From positions 54,088-118,087 of the forward strand of contig CAWDUP010000004.1 of assembly GCA_963805505.1 (NCBI GenBank): a stretch of DNA of 64,000 bases, given 5' to 3'. Source of the DNA: an uncultured Actinomycetota bacterium. Its GTDB lineage: Bacteria; Actinomycetota; Actinomycetes; DATJPE01. Under the pieces are notes generated by a model. That model searched no databases. It was given only the letters and a program-made list of their open reading frames with translations, and was not told where the DNA came from. A program made the translations under genes and the position numbers. How positions within the stretch are numbered: the stretch's first letter is position 1; each line of letters begins with the position of its first letter. Shown in pieces: positions 46,880 to 59,099 of this stretch.

Positions 46880-47484
46880 CCGCCGTCGTCGAGGACCGGG
46901 TCTCGTGCCTCAGCGTTGCACCGGCTCCAGATCGGGAGCCAGCCTTCGACGACGAGGTGACCACACCGGCTCCGGGTGACGGACGGCGAGGCAGCCAGCA
47001 GATCCTGCCTCTGGAGTGGTCGCTGCCCGGCGGCCTGCCGGCGACTCCACAGCCCGGGCAGCTCCGCCTCCTACCCAGACCAGGCACAGCCGGCGCAGCG
47101 GTGCAGGACACCGACGACTTCGGGCGCGTTCCGACGATCCGCGGAGACCTCCCAGATCCGGGACCGTGGGCCGCTCGGTTGCTCCAGGGCATCGCCGAGA
47201 TCCTCACCCTGGACCGACCGCTGAGCCAGTTGGCGCGTTGGGCAGGGCCGGAGGTCTACGAAGACCTGCGGCGTCGGGTGGAGGCCAGGCGCCGCGGTGG
47301 AGCACCAGGCGCGCGGGCCGGTGCAGCGCGCCCGATCCTGCGCTCGCTGCATGTCAGCGAACCAGCCGACGGGGTGGCCGAGGTCTGCGCGGTGATCCAC
47401 GACGGAAACCGCTCGCTGGCCTACGCCGTCCGACTGGAGGGCCTGGACGGGCGCTGGCGAGCCATGGCCCTGGAGCTGGCTTGA
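46876..47484 (+). CDS. Conserved actinobacterial hypothetical protein (Rv3235-like family)
   Basis: 202-aa ORF coupled to the LysM gene by overlapping codons. Its C-terminal region (LRSLHVSEPADGVAEVCAVIHDGNRSLAYAVRLEGLDGRWRAMALEL) resembles the Rv3235 family found near secA. Confidence 0.55.
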   Translation: MTAVVEDRVSCLSVAPAPDREPAFDDEVTTPAPGDGRRGSQQILPLEWSLPGGLPATPQPGQLRLLPRPGTAGAAVQDTDDFGRVPTIRGDLPDPGPWAARLLQGIAEILTLDRPLSQLARWAGPEVYEDLRRRVEARRRGGAPGARAGAARPILRSLHVSEPADGVAEVCAVIHDGNRSLAYAVRLEGLDGRWRAMALELA

Positions 47485-47523
47485 GCGAGCTGGCCAGCAG
47501 GCCTGCGACAGATCGGAGTCAGG

Positions 47524-50364
<2,841 letters not shown>

Positions 50365-50514
50365 TGGTACTCCTGGTTCCTACGCCGCAGTGGGCCGCGG
50401 CTGCTGACTCCATCGTAATCGGCTCGTGACCTGGTTGGCGCTGCAGCCGCCCCGCACGGCCACTTCGACGACAAGTCGGTCGCGTGGCGCAGCCGAGACG
50501 GGCAAGATCTCGAC

Positions 50515-51060
50515 ATGACTCCCGTACGCCTGACCGACGGTGTAGTCGTCCTTCGAGCCCTGCTGCCCACCGACGTGGACGACATCACCGAGGCCTGCCA
50601 GGACCCCGAGACCCAACGGTGGACCACCGTCCCCGTGCCCTACACCCGCGAGCACTCGGTGGAGTTCGTCGCCAATCACGGTACCGACTCGGTCGGCTGG
50701 CGGGAGGGGCGCAATCCGGTATGGGTGATCACCGAAGCCGGCCATGACCACTACGGCGGCGCCATCGACCTCCGCCTGGACGGCGACGGCGGAGCTGAGG
50801 TCGGATATGCCCTGGCGCCCAGGATGCGCGGCAAGGGCCACATGCAACGAGCGCTGCGGCTGGCCTGCACGTGGGCTTTCACCGAGGGCGGAGTCGCGCA
50901 CGTGATCTGGTTCGCGCATGTCGGCAATGAGGCCTCGCGACGAACTGCTGAGGCCGTCGGCTTCCGATCTCTCGACGGAGTGCTTCGCCAGCACTGCGTG
51001 TCCCGGGGGGTCCGGCACGACAGCTGGGTCGCGGACCTCCTGCCCGGCGACCTGCTGTGA
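50515..51060 (+). CDS. GNAT-family N-acetyltransferase
   Basis: 181 aa with a RimJ/RimL-like N-terminal acetyltransferase pattern (VVLRALLPTDVDDI ... RGKGHMQRAL). Confidence 0.7.
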   Translation: MTPVRLTDGVVVLRALLPTDVDDITEACQDPETQRWTTVPVPYTREHSVEFVANHGTDSVGWREGRNPVWVITEAGHDHYGGAIDLRLDGDGGAEVGYALAPRMRGKGHMQRALRLACTWAFTEGGVAHVIWFAHVGNEASRRTAEAVGFRSLDGVLRQHCVSRGVRHDSWVADLLPGDLL

Positions 51061-51635
51061 CCGAACCCGCCGCCCTGATCCCACCGCCGCTCGGCGGGAT
51101 CGGATTCGTCCTGCGAGCCCTCCGCCCCGACGACGCCGAGGAGCTGTATCGCCAGGTGCGGGCCGACGACCAGATGCGCCGTTGGAGCTCGCTTGGCCGG
51201 GTCAACGACCTGCAGGAGACCAGGACCTGGGCGCGCTCTCGAGCCACCCCCAACCGGATGGAGTGGACGATCCGCGTCCCCACCGGCGAGATCGCCGGCC
51301 GGGTAGCCCTGCACCAGATCGATGAGAGCAGCGGTCAGGCCGAGATCGGCTACGGCCTGTTCGAGATCTACCGCGGGCGGGGCCTTGCTCGCCGGGTCGT
51401 GACGACGGTGACGACCTACGGTCTCGAAGACCTGCTCTTGCACCGGATCATCCTCGAGCACGGCGTCGACAACCTCCCGTCGTGCCGCGTCGCGGAGTTC
51501 TGCGGCTATCGCCTGGAGGGGACCATGCGGCAGGCTCATGAACGTCCAGGCGGTGGCTGGGACGACGCGCACCTGCACGCACGCCTGGCCACCGACCCAC
51601 CGAGTGGTGCAGCTGACCAAGGAGTTCTCACATGA
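51057..51635 (+). CDS. GNAT-family N-acetyltransferase, tandem paralog
   Basis: 192 aa with FVLRALRPDDAEEL ... RGRGLARRVV; coupled to the previous gene by overlapping codons. Confidence 0.7.
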   Translation: MTEPAALIPPPLGGIGFVLRALRPDDAEELYRQVRADDQMRRWSSLGRVNDLQETRTWARSRATPNRMEWTIRVPTGEIAGRVALHQIDESSGQAEIGYGLFEIYRGRGLARRVVTTVTTYGLEDLLLHRIILEHGVDNLPSCRVAEFCGYRLEGTMRQAHERPGGGWDDAHLHARLATDPPSGAADQGVLT

Positions 51636-52297
51636 AGATCGCCGTTCTGGGCACGGGTGTCGTGGGACAGACGCTGGGCACGGCGCTCGTCGCCCTCAGG
51701 CACGAGGTCCGGCTCGGCTCGCGCGCGGCGCGCAATCCCCAGGCCCTGGAGTGGGCGACCACGAACGGTCAGGCCGACGGAGCGGGCACCTTTGGCGAGG
51801 TGGCCGCCTGGGCAGAGGTGGTCGTGAACGCAACCAACGGGGCAGCGTCTGTGCAGCTGTTGTCCGAGATCGCCGATCAGGTGGGCTCATCGGTGCTGAT
51901 CGACGTCTCCAACGCGCTCGACTTCTCCAACGGCTTCCCGCCCACTCTGTCGGTGGTCAACGACGACAGCCTGGGCGAGCAGATCCAGCGGGCACTCCCC
52001 GAGGCTCGGGTGGTCAAGGCGCTCAACACCTTGAATGCCGACCTGATGCTCCACCCAGCCGGGCTCGCAGAGCCCACCGACCTGTTCATCGCCGGTGACG
52101 ATCCAGCCGCGAAGGATGTGGTGCGCGATCTGCTCACGTCAGCCGGTTGGCTGCCGGGGAACATCCACGACCTAGGCGGCATCGAAGCGTCGCGAGGTCC
52201 CGAGATGTGGCTGCCCCTGTGGCTTCGCCTGATGGGCTCCACCGGTTCAGCTGGGTTCAACATCCACGTCGTCCGCGCCGCATCCGACGCTGACTGA
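51632..52297 (+). CDS. NADPH-dependent F420 reductase-like / NAD(P)-binding Rossmann oxidoreductase
   Basis: N-terminal MKIAVLGTGVVGQTLG dinucleotide-binding motif; 221 aa, Npd/FNO-like. Confidence 0.6.
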   Translation: MKIAVLGTGVVGQTLGTALVALRHEVRLGSRAARNPQALEWATTNGQADGAGTFGEVAAWAEVVVNATNGAASVQLLSEIADQVGSSVLIDVSNALDFSNGFPPTLSVVNDDSLGEQIQRALPEARVVKALNTLNADLMLHPAGLAEPTDLFIAGDDPAAKDVVRDLLTSAGWLPGNIHDLGGIEASRGPEMWLPLWLRLMGSTGSAGFNIHVVRAASDAD

Positions 52298-52345
52298 GGC
52301 CTTGAGCTGCGGCTGCGTTGAGCTGCGGCTGCGTCCAGCTGAGTG

Positions 52346-52999
52346 TCAGTTGCGCTGCGTCCAGTCGGACCGGGATCGCTGTCTCGCATCCGCGAGCGCT
52401 CGCCGCCGGGTGGCAGTCGGGTCGACCACGGTGAGTCCGGCAAGCCAGTCATAGACCGATCGCCGTCGGCCGAGCAGGCACGGCGCCCAACCCAGCAGCA
52501 CGACAAGCATCGCCAGGATCGCATCGTTGCCGGCCCCGATGGCCAAGAAGAGCGTCACGGGCACGACCCAGCGCGCGGCGACCCGCCAGCGCGCGGGGCG
52601 AGGATCGGCGAACTCCAGCTCGGAGGCCCGCAAGCCGAGGCTGGTGCGGCCCTGATCCCGCAGCGCCCCCGACAGCCCGAGCACGCCGACGAGCAGGACG
52701 AGGGCCATCAAGGCGAGAACCCAGACCGGGGCGTCTCCAGCCAGCGGACCGGTGATCTCAGGAGGTGCGCCGCCAGCGCTGATGTCGGGAGTCATGCTGG
52801 GGACGAAGGGCGCCGTGGCAAACCACACCACGACCATCACGATGATCGACAGGACGAGCATCGAGATCCAGTCCACGAGCAGGGCCACCGCCCGCGCCCC
52901 GGGAGATGCTTGCACCGCGACGTCGGTGGAACGGTCGCGCCTCGGTCCCTGCTGGCTTCCCGCGCCGTCCACGGCGTCGTCGCCCGGTCGCTCAACCAT
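52346..52999 (-). CDS. RDD-family membrane protein
   Basis: RAVALLVDWISMLVLSIIV ... three TM segments ... R-D-D pattern. I place the start at MVERPGDD (52999). Confidence 0.6.
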   Translation of the reverse strand: MVERPGDDAVDGAGSQQGPRRDRSTDVAVQASPGARAVALLVDWISMLVLSIIVMVVVWFATAPFVPSMTPDISAGGAPPEITGPLAGDAPVWVLALMALVLLVGVLGLSGALRDQGRTSLGLRASELEFADPRPARWRVAARWVVPVTLFLAIGAGNDAILAMLVVLLGWAPCLLGRRRSVYDWLAGLTVVDPTATRRRALADARQRSRSDWTQRN

Positions 53000-53025
53000 G
53001 CCGAAACGGTACTCCGGGAACTCGC

Positions 53026-53982
53026 TCACGGGACACGGATTTGTCCGGAGGCGATGGCTACGGCGGAACCGCTGATCGTCGTGCCGGTCGGTTCGCCCCC
53101 GACAGTGGTCACGGTGCACTCGATCGTCGAACGCCGTCCCATCTCTACCCCCTGCACGACCGTGAACCTCGCCGTGCCGCTCGGCACGAGGCCGGACACC
53201 GACAGCCAGACGGCCAAGGCCCCCGCCGCCGATCCGGTGGCTGGGTCCTCGGCGGCGTTGAGGTCGGCGGTGAACATCCGGGTCGCCGCGGTAGCCGTAC
53301 TCGGATCCCAGCTCACCAGGTAGACGCCGGTGGCGATCCCGTCCGGGAAGGCGAAGGCGCTCAACAGCGCGATGTCAGGGGAGCACTGCGCGAGCGCCTC
53401 CGGGCGGACCGGGATGACCAGGTAGTCGATGCCGACACCGCAGACTCGCGCCGGCGCGATCGGGTCCACCACCTCGCCGCCGAGGCCGGCGGCGGCGAGA
53501 CCAGCGGAGGGATCGGCCGCCTTCTCCCAGTGCGGGTTTCCGCCTTCCAGGGTGACCTGCCCCTCGGGGGTGATCTCCAACGGCAACAGCCCAGCTCCGC
53601 AGGCCTGGGTCGCGCGACCCCCAGTCACCAGACCGCGGCGCTGCAGCACCCACGCCGTGCCGATCGAGGGGTGCCCCGCGTAGGGGAGCTCGGTCACCGG
53701 GGTGAAGATACGAAGGACGTACGTCGCCCCCGCTGCCCGTTGACCGTCATCGGGCGTGAGCGGGAACGCCGTCTCCGACAAGGCGAACTCCCTGGCCAGC
53801 GTCTGCATCTGCTCGCCGGTCAGCGCCTGCGCCCCGCGCACCACAGCGAGGGGGTTGCCGCGAAACGCCTCGTCAGTGAAGACATCGACGATGTCGTAGT
53901 CGAGCAGGTCCGGCCCGATCCCTCCGGCCAGCGTCGAAGGGTCGTTGCCACTCTCACTGCCACCACGCCAGAAGTCAGCCAT
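53026..53982 (-). CDS. PhzF-family phenazine-biosynthesis-like isomerase
   Basis: I place the start at ATG 53982 (MADFWRGG...). DVFTDEAFRGNPLAVV ... ALSETAF is the PhzF signature. The 549-aa track ORF is a spurious extension. Confidence 0.8.
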   Translation of the reverse strand: MADFWRGGSESGNDPSTLAGGIGPDLLDYDIVDVFTDEAFRGNPLAVVRGAQALTGEQMQTLAREFALSETAFPLTPDDGQRAAGATYVLRIFTPVTELPYAGHPSIGTAWVLQRRGLVTGGRATQACGAGLLPLEITPEGQVTLEGGNPHWEKAADPSAGLAAAGLGGEVVDPIAPARVCGVGIDYLVIPVRPEALAQCSPDIALLSAFAFPDGIATGVYLVSWDPSTATAATRMFTADLNAAEDPATGSAAGALAVWLSVSGLVPSGTARFTVVQGVEMGRRSTIECTVTTVGGEPTGTTISGSAVAIASGQIRVP

Positions 53983-54120
53983 GGCGGCGATCCTGGCACT
54001 GACCGGCGTGCGCCCAGCACCGCCCATCACTGACCAGCACGTGGACCCGCCCGGTTGACCGCCCCCGGCCGATCGGCGCGGCCTCACCGCTGCTCCACCT
54101 GCCCGCACTAGCCTGGCGAG

Positions 54121-55419
54121 GTGAGCGGCGCGACGGTCTTCATCGCCCGCCTGGTAGGCGTGTCGGTGTTCGACCCCAACGGTGACCAGGTGGGTCGTAC
54201 TCGCGATGTCATCGTCACCCTCGGTACGACTGCCGAGTCCGCCAGAGTCACCGGGCTGGTCGTCGAGGTCCCGATGCGGCGACGCATCTTCGTGCCCATG
54301 ACGCGGGTGACCGCGGTCGATCCCGGTCAGGTCGTCACGACCGGACTGGTCAACATGCGCCGCTTCGAGCAGCGTGCCGCTGAGACTCTGGTGGTCGGAG
54401 ACCTGTTCGACCGCGTGGTCACCATCGTCGAGACCGGTGAGCCGGTGACGGTGGTCGATGTCGCCATGGCGCAGACGAGGACCCACGACTGGAAGCTCAG
54501 CAAGGTCCACGTGCGCAAGAGCGCGCCCGGCGGGTTCCGCCGACGTGGGGCAACCGTGACGCTGGACTGGGCCGAGGTCACGGGATTTGCGACGGCCGAG
54601 GCCAACCAGGGGGCCGCCAACCTGCTCGCCACCATGGACAAGATGCGCCCGGCCGATCTTGCCCAGGTGCTGCATGAGCTGTCACCCAAACGACGTGGCG
54701 AAGTCGCCGCGGCACTCGACGACGAGCAGCTGGCAGACGTGCTCGAGGAGCTGCCCGACGACGACCAGGTGGAGATCCTTGGTGTGCTCGCCCAGGAGCG
54801 GGCCGCCGATGTCCTCGAGGCCATGGCCCCCGACGATGCCGCCGACCTGCTGGGAGAGCTGCCCCCGGAGCAGGCTCAGCGGCTGCTGGGGCTGATGGAG
54901 CCCGACGATGCCGATGACGTCCGCCGACTCCTGTCCTATGACGAATACACCGCCGGCGGGATGATGACGACCGAACCTGTGGTCCTCCCACCCGACGCAA
55001 CCGTCGCGGAGGCGCTGGCCAGGGTCCGCAACCCTGACCTGTCCCCTGCCCTGGCCTCCCAGGTGTACGTCTGCCGACCTCCGCTCGAGACACCGACCGG
55101 CCGGTTCATCGGGGTCTGCCACTTCCAGCGGCTGCTTCGTGAGCCGCCGTCGGCTCTGGTTGCAGGAGTCAGCGACACCGATCTCGAGGCGTTGCCGGCC
55201 GATGCCGCGCTGCCCGAGGTCGCGGCCTACCTGGCCGCCTACGACATGGTGGCGGCCCCCGTCGTCGACGCGAGCGACCATCTGCTCGGCGCGGTGACCA
55301 TCGACGACGTCCTCGACCACATGCTCCCGGACGACTGGCGCGAACGCGACGTCCAGGAGGCGGCACAGGCTTCCTCGTCGGAGTCGGCACGGGATGAGGC
55401 GGTGGGCCATGGCGCGTGA
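54121..55419 (+). CDS. Soluble MgtE-N-domain / CBS-pair protein (no transporter TM domain)
   Basis: Acidic helical MgtE_N repeats (LEELPDDDQVEILGVL ... ) followed by CBS-like modules (VCHFQRLL ... LLGAVTIDDVLDHM). Confidence 0.65.
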   Translation: MSGATVFIARLVGVSVFDPNGDQVGRTRDVIVTLGTTAESARVTGLVVEVPMRRRIFVPMTRVTAVDPGQVVTTGLVNMRRFEQRAAETLVVGDLFDRVVTIVETGEPVTVVDVAMAQTRTHDWKLSKVHVRKSAPGGFRRRGATVTLDWAEVTGFATAEANQGAANLLATMDKMRPADLAQVLHELSPKRRGEVAAALDDEQLADVLEELPDDDQVEILGVLAQERAADVLEAMAPDDAADLLGELPPEQAQRLLGLMEPDDADDVRRLLSYDEYTAGGMMTTEPVVLPPDATVAEALARVRNPDLSPALASQVYVCRPPLETPTGRFIGVCHFQRLLREPPSALVAGVSDTDLEALPADAALPEVAAYLAAYDMVAAPVVDASDHLLGAVTIDDVLDHMLPDDWRERDVQEAAQASSSESARDEAVGHGA

Positions 55420-55927
55420 ATCACGCATCCCGCGTCTCGACCAGCCGCTGGATCCGAATCGCCGCCTGCCCAGACCGGCGTATGACCCGGAGTCCTTCGG
55501 TCGTTGGTCGGAACGCGTGGCCCGCTTCATCGGAACGGGTCGCTTCCTGGTCTACATGACCGTGTTCGTGGTGACCTGGATCGGCTGGAACGTCTTTGCC
55601 CCGGATGACCTGAAGTTCGACCCTTTCCCGTTCATCCTGCTCACCTTGGTCCTGTCCCTGCAGGCGTCCTACGCCGCGCCCTTGATCCTGCTGGCGCAAA
55701 ACCGGCAAGTGGACCGCGACCGGGTCACCTACGACCAGGATCGAGCCCAGAACGAGCGCTCCATAGCCGACACGGAGTACCTCACCCGCGAGGTAGCCGA
55801 CGTCCGGATCGCGCTGGGAGAGGTCGCCACACGTGACTTCTTGCGCTCGGAGCTGCGCGACCTGCTCGAGGAGCTCCTCGACGAGCTCCGCGACGAACCA
55901 CCGACGAAGACTCCGCGGGCCGGCTAG
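55394..55927 (+). CDS. DUF1003-domain membrane protein
   Basis: GTGRFLVYMTVFVVTWIGWN ... LLTLVLSLQASYAAPLILLAQNRQ is the DUF1003 signature. It overlaps the previous gene. Confidence 0.7.
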   Translation: MRRWAMARESRIPRLDQPLDPNRRLPRPAYDPESFGRWSERVARFIGTGRFLVYMTVFVVTWIGWNVFAPDDLKFDPFPFILLTLVLSLQASYAAPLILLAQNRQVDRDRVTYDQDRAQNERSIADTEYLTREVADVRIALGEVATRDFLRSELRDLLEELLDELRDEPPTKTPRAG

Positions 55928-55985
55928 GCGCATCAGCGACTCGACCGAAGCGTGGATACCCCGACGGCCGACGTAGGCTCGAGGC

Positions 55986-57122
55986 ATGCCGACTGTTCCC
56001 GTTGACCAGATCATGGCCGCGCTGGCCAAGGTCGATGATCCCGAGATCCATCGCCCGATCACCGAGCTCGGCATGGTCGACGCAGTCACGGCAGACGAGT
56101 CCGGCGCGGTCGACGTACGCATCCTGCTCACGGTCGCCGGCTGTCCGATGCGGACGGAGATCACCGAGCGCGTGACCCGGGCGGTTCGCAGCGTTGCCGG
56201 TGTCACCGACGTGCATGTCGAGCTCGCGGTCATGTCGGACGAGCAGCGCAAGGCGATGACCGGCATGCTGCGCGGTGGTCGAGCCGAGCCCGAGGTCCCC
56301 TTCGCCAAGCCGGAGTCGTTGACCCGCGTCTATGCCATCGCGTCGGGCAAGGGAGGTGTCGGCAAGTCCTCGGTCACCGTGAACCTGGCTACGGCGATGG
56401 CGGCGCGTGGACTGTCGGTGGGCGTGGTCGATGCCGACATCTACGGCCACTCGATCCCGCGCATGCTCGGCGCAGACCAGCGGCCGACTCCCGTCGAGAA
56501 CATGATCATGCCGCCCTCGGCGCACGGGGTGAAGGTCATCTCCATCGGCATGTTCACCTCGGGAAACACCCCCGTCGTCTGGCGGGGGCCGATGCTCCAC
56601 CGCGCGCTTCAGCAGTTCCTCGCCGATGTGTGGTGGGGCGACCTGGACGTGCTGTTGATGGACCTCCCGCCGGGCACCGGCGACATCGCCATCTCCGTCG
56701 CGCAGCTGGTCCCGAACGCAGAGATCCTGGTGGTCACCACGCCTCAGCTGGCGGCGGCCGAGGTGGCCGAACGGGCGGGCTCAATCGCGCTGCAGACCCA
56801 CCAGCGCATCGTCGGCGTGATCGAGAACATGGCGTGGCTGGAGCTGCCCGACGGCAGTCGGCTGGACCTGTTCGGAAGCGGCGGCGGACAGCGGGTGGCC
56901 GAGGCGTTGAGTCGCTCGACCGGCACCGACGTGCCGCTGCTGGGCCAGATCCCCATGGACGTGGCACTTCGCGAGGGCGGCGACCTCGGGGTCCCCCTGG
57001 TCGTCTCCGACCCCAGCGCCCCAGCGGCCCAGGTCCTCGACGAGATCGCCGACCGGCTCGGTGGGCGACCTCGCGGTCTCGCGGGGCGCTCGCTGGGGCT
57101 GACGCCCGCGGCTCGGGCGTGA
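55986..57122 (+). CDS. mrp: Fe-S cluster carrier ATPase Mrp/ApbC
   Basis: N-terminal DUF59/MIP18 domain and a P-loop SGKGGVGKSSVTVNLA; 378 aa. Confidence 0.9.
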   Translation: MPTVPVDQIMAALAKVDDPEIHRPITELGMVDAVTADESGAVDVRILLTVAGCPMRTEITERVTRAVRSVAGVTDVHVELAVMSDEQRKAMTGMLRGGRAEPEVPFAKPESLTRVYAIASGKGGVGKSSVTVNLATAMAARGLSVGVVDADIYGHSIPRMLGADQRPTPVENMIMPPSAHGVKVISIGMFTSGNTPVVWRGPMLHRALQQFLADVWWGDLDVLLMDLPPGTGDIAISVAQLVPNAEILVVTTPQLAAAEVAERAGSIALQTHQRIVGVIENMAWLELPDGSRLDLFGSGGGQRVAEALSRSTGTDVPLLGQIPMDVALREGGDLGVPLVVSDPSAPAAQVLDEIADRLGGRPRGLAGRSLGLTPAARA

Positions 57123-57134
57123 CGCGAGGGATCG

Positions 57135-57536
57135 CTAGGTTGCGTCCGAGTCGTAGTGGGGGGACTCATAGCTGGTAGCGGCCGGCGGAATCGGCTGGGC
57201 CGCGGTCTGCCCGTTGACCGCTTCGCCGTTCACCGCCTTCGGCTCCGCGGCTGCGTCGGTCGATCCCTCACCGAAGAGCCGTTCGAGGTCGCTCTTCTCG
57301 TCGAGCAGCTGCCGCTTGACGAAGGCGCGAGGGTCCAGATCGCTCAGGTTCAGATCGGCGAACTCCGACCCCAGAGAGCCCGTCACTTCCTCTTTCGCTT
57401 CCCGGGCCATGTCACGCAGCTGGCGAAGCATCCGACCTGCATCGGCGGCGAACTTGGGCAGCTTGTCGGGCCCGAAGATGAACAGCGCTATCGCTGCCAG
57501 CGCGAGCAGCTCGAAGAACCCGACGTCGAACACCAC
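57135..57536 (-). CDS. tatB: Twin-arginine translocase subunit TatB (TatA/B family)
   Basis: MVFDVGFFELLALAAIALFIFGPDKLPK is the canonical TatA/B N-terminus. It is 133 aa with an acidic tail, which fits TatB. Confidence 0.8.
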   Translation of the reverse strand: MVFDVGFFELLALAAIALFIFGPDKLPKFAADAGRMLRQLRDMAREAKEEVTGSLGSEFADLNLSDLDPRAFVKRQLLDEKSDLERLFGEGSTDAAAEPKAVNGEAVNGQTAAQPIPPAATSYESPHYDSDAT

Positions 57537-57575
57537 CCCAGCGTACGTCTCCGCGCCGCGTGACCGGTCGTCTAC

Positions 57576-59099
57576 TCAGTCCTTGGCCTCGCCGAGCACG
57601 ACCGGGATCGTCTCTTGCTCGCCGTTGCGTTCGATGGTCAAGGTCACGGTGTCGCCAGGCACCTGGGCCCGGATCGCGACGATCAGCTCATCAGGTCCGG
57701 CAACCGCAGTCTGGTCGATGGCGACGATGACGTCTCCTGGCAGAACACCCGCCTGATCCGCGGGTCCGCCGTCGGCGACGCCCGGGCTGCCGTCGGCCGC
57801 CTGGTCCGCGATCCGCACTCCCTTCCCGGTGTAGGTCGGGTCGAGGCTGGCGCCGATGATCGGGTAGGACGCTGACCCGGTCTGGATCAGCTGCTCGGCG
57901 GTTCGCCTGGCCTGGTTGATCGGGATGGAGAAGCCGAGTCCGATCGATCCGGACTGGCTCCCGAGATCGGTGCTCAACGTGGCGATCGCGCTGTTGACCC
58001 CGATGACCTTGCCCGAGCCATCGACGAGGGGGCCACCGGAGTTGCCCGGGTTGATCGCCGCATCGGTCTGCAGGGCTGCGATGTAGGACACGTCGGACCC
58101 GCTGCCTTCCCCTGCGGTGACCGGCCGGTCGACGGCGGAGATGATGCCCGACGTGACGGTGCCCGACAGTCCGAGCGGTGAGCCGATGGCGATCGCCGAG
58201 TCGCCCACCACGACGGAGTCGGAGTTGCCCAGGGGCGCCACCGGCAGGCCGGAGCGTTCGACCTTGAGGACCGCCAGGTCGTAGGTGGTCGTGGTTCCGA
58301 CGACCTGCGCGGGCTCGGCCGATCCATCGTTGAACGTCACAGTGATGGCGCTTCCCGGGCCGCCTGCCGCTACGACGTGGTTGTTGGTCAGCAGATAGCC
58401 GTCCTCGGTGAGCACGAAGCCGGAACCGGTCCCACCGGAGTTGCCGTCCCGAACCTCGATGGAGACCACGCTCGGCAGCATGCGATCGGCGATGCCTGCA
58501 ACGGTGCGCGGCGGACGCGCCAGGTCACCGGTGGGGGTTGTCCCCAGCGAGACCGACGAGTTCGTGGTCGTGCCATCACCCATGCGAGCACCCACGACCC
58601 CGCCGAGAAGCCCGGCGATCAAGGCGATCCCCAGGCCCCCGGCCACCAGAGCCACCCAGCCCGGACCGCGCCCGGGTGGTCGCCCGGCATTGCCGAGGGT
58701 GTCCCAGTCCTGCGGAGCAGCCGGCGGCAGCGTGTAGGGCCACGGCGGGCCTGAGCCGAGCGGCGGCCCTTCGGAAGGCGGGGCATAGGCGCTGCCATAG
58801 ATCGCGTCGTAGGGCGAGCTCGCCGGACTTGGTCCGATGACCCGGGTGTCTCCGATCCCCGCGTCCGGCACGGCGAAGGGTGTGCTGTCGACGGGCGCGT
58901 CAGAGCCTGGCCCGGGATCTGCATCCGCCGCACTTTCAGCTTCTGCTGGCCCCATCCGTCGTGGGTCGGCATCGCCCCCACGGTCATCGGAATCACGCGG
59001 TGGCGCCCACGGGTCGGAGGCCCGCGCCCACCAGGCCGGCCGCTCGTCCTCCGTCACTGGCGCACCTTTCGCGGGATCGGCGTCAGCCGAACGGGTCAA
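57576..59099 (-). CDS. htrA: HtrA/DegP-like trypsin-type serine protease with a PDZ domain
   Basis: Catalytic triad context TNNHVV ... D ... GNSGGPL, with a C-terminal PDZ; 507 aa with a Pro-rich N-terminal region and a TM segment. Confidence 0.85.
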   Translation of the reverse strand: MTRSADADPAKGAPVTEDERPAWWARASDPWAPPRDSDDRGGDADPRRMGPAEAESAADADPGPGSDAPVDSTPFAVPDAGIGDTRVIGPSPASSPYDAIYGSAYAPPSEGPPLGSGPPWPYTLPPAAPQDWDTLGNAGRPPGRGPGWVALVAGGLGIALIAGLLGGVVGARMGDGTTTNSSVSLGTTPTGDLARPPRTVAGIADRMLPSVVSIEVRDGNSGGTGSGFVLTEDGYLLTNNHVVAAGGPGSAITVTFNDGSAEPAQVVGTTTTYDLAVLKVERSGLPVAPLGNSDSVVVGDSAIAIGSPLGLSGTVTSGIISAVDRPVTAGEGSGSDVSYIAALQTDAAINPGNSGGPLVDGSGKVIGVNSAIATLSTDLGSQSGSIGLGFSIPINQARRTAEQLIQTGSASYPIIGASLDPTYTGKGVRIADQAADGSPGVADGGPADQAGVLPGDVIVAIDQTAVAGPDELIVAIRAQVPGDTVTLTIERNGEQETIPVVLGEAKD

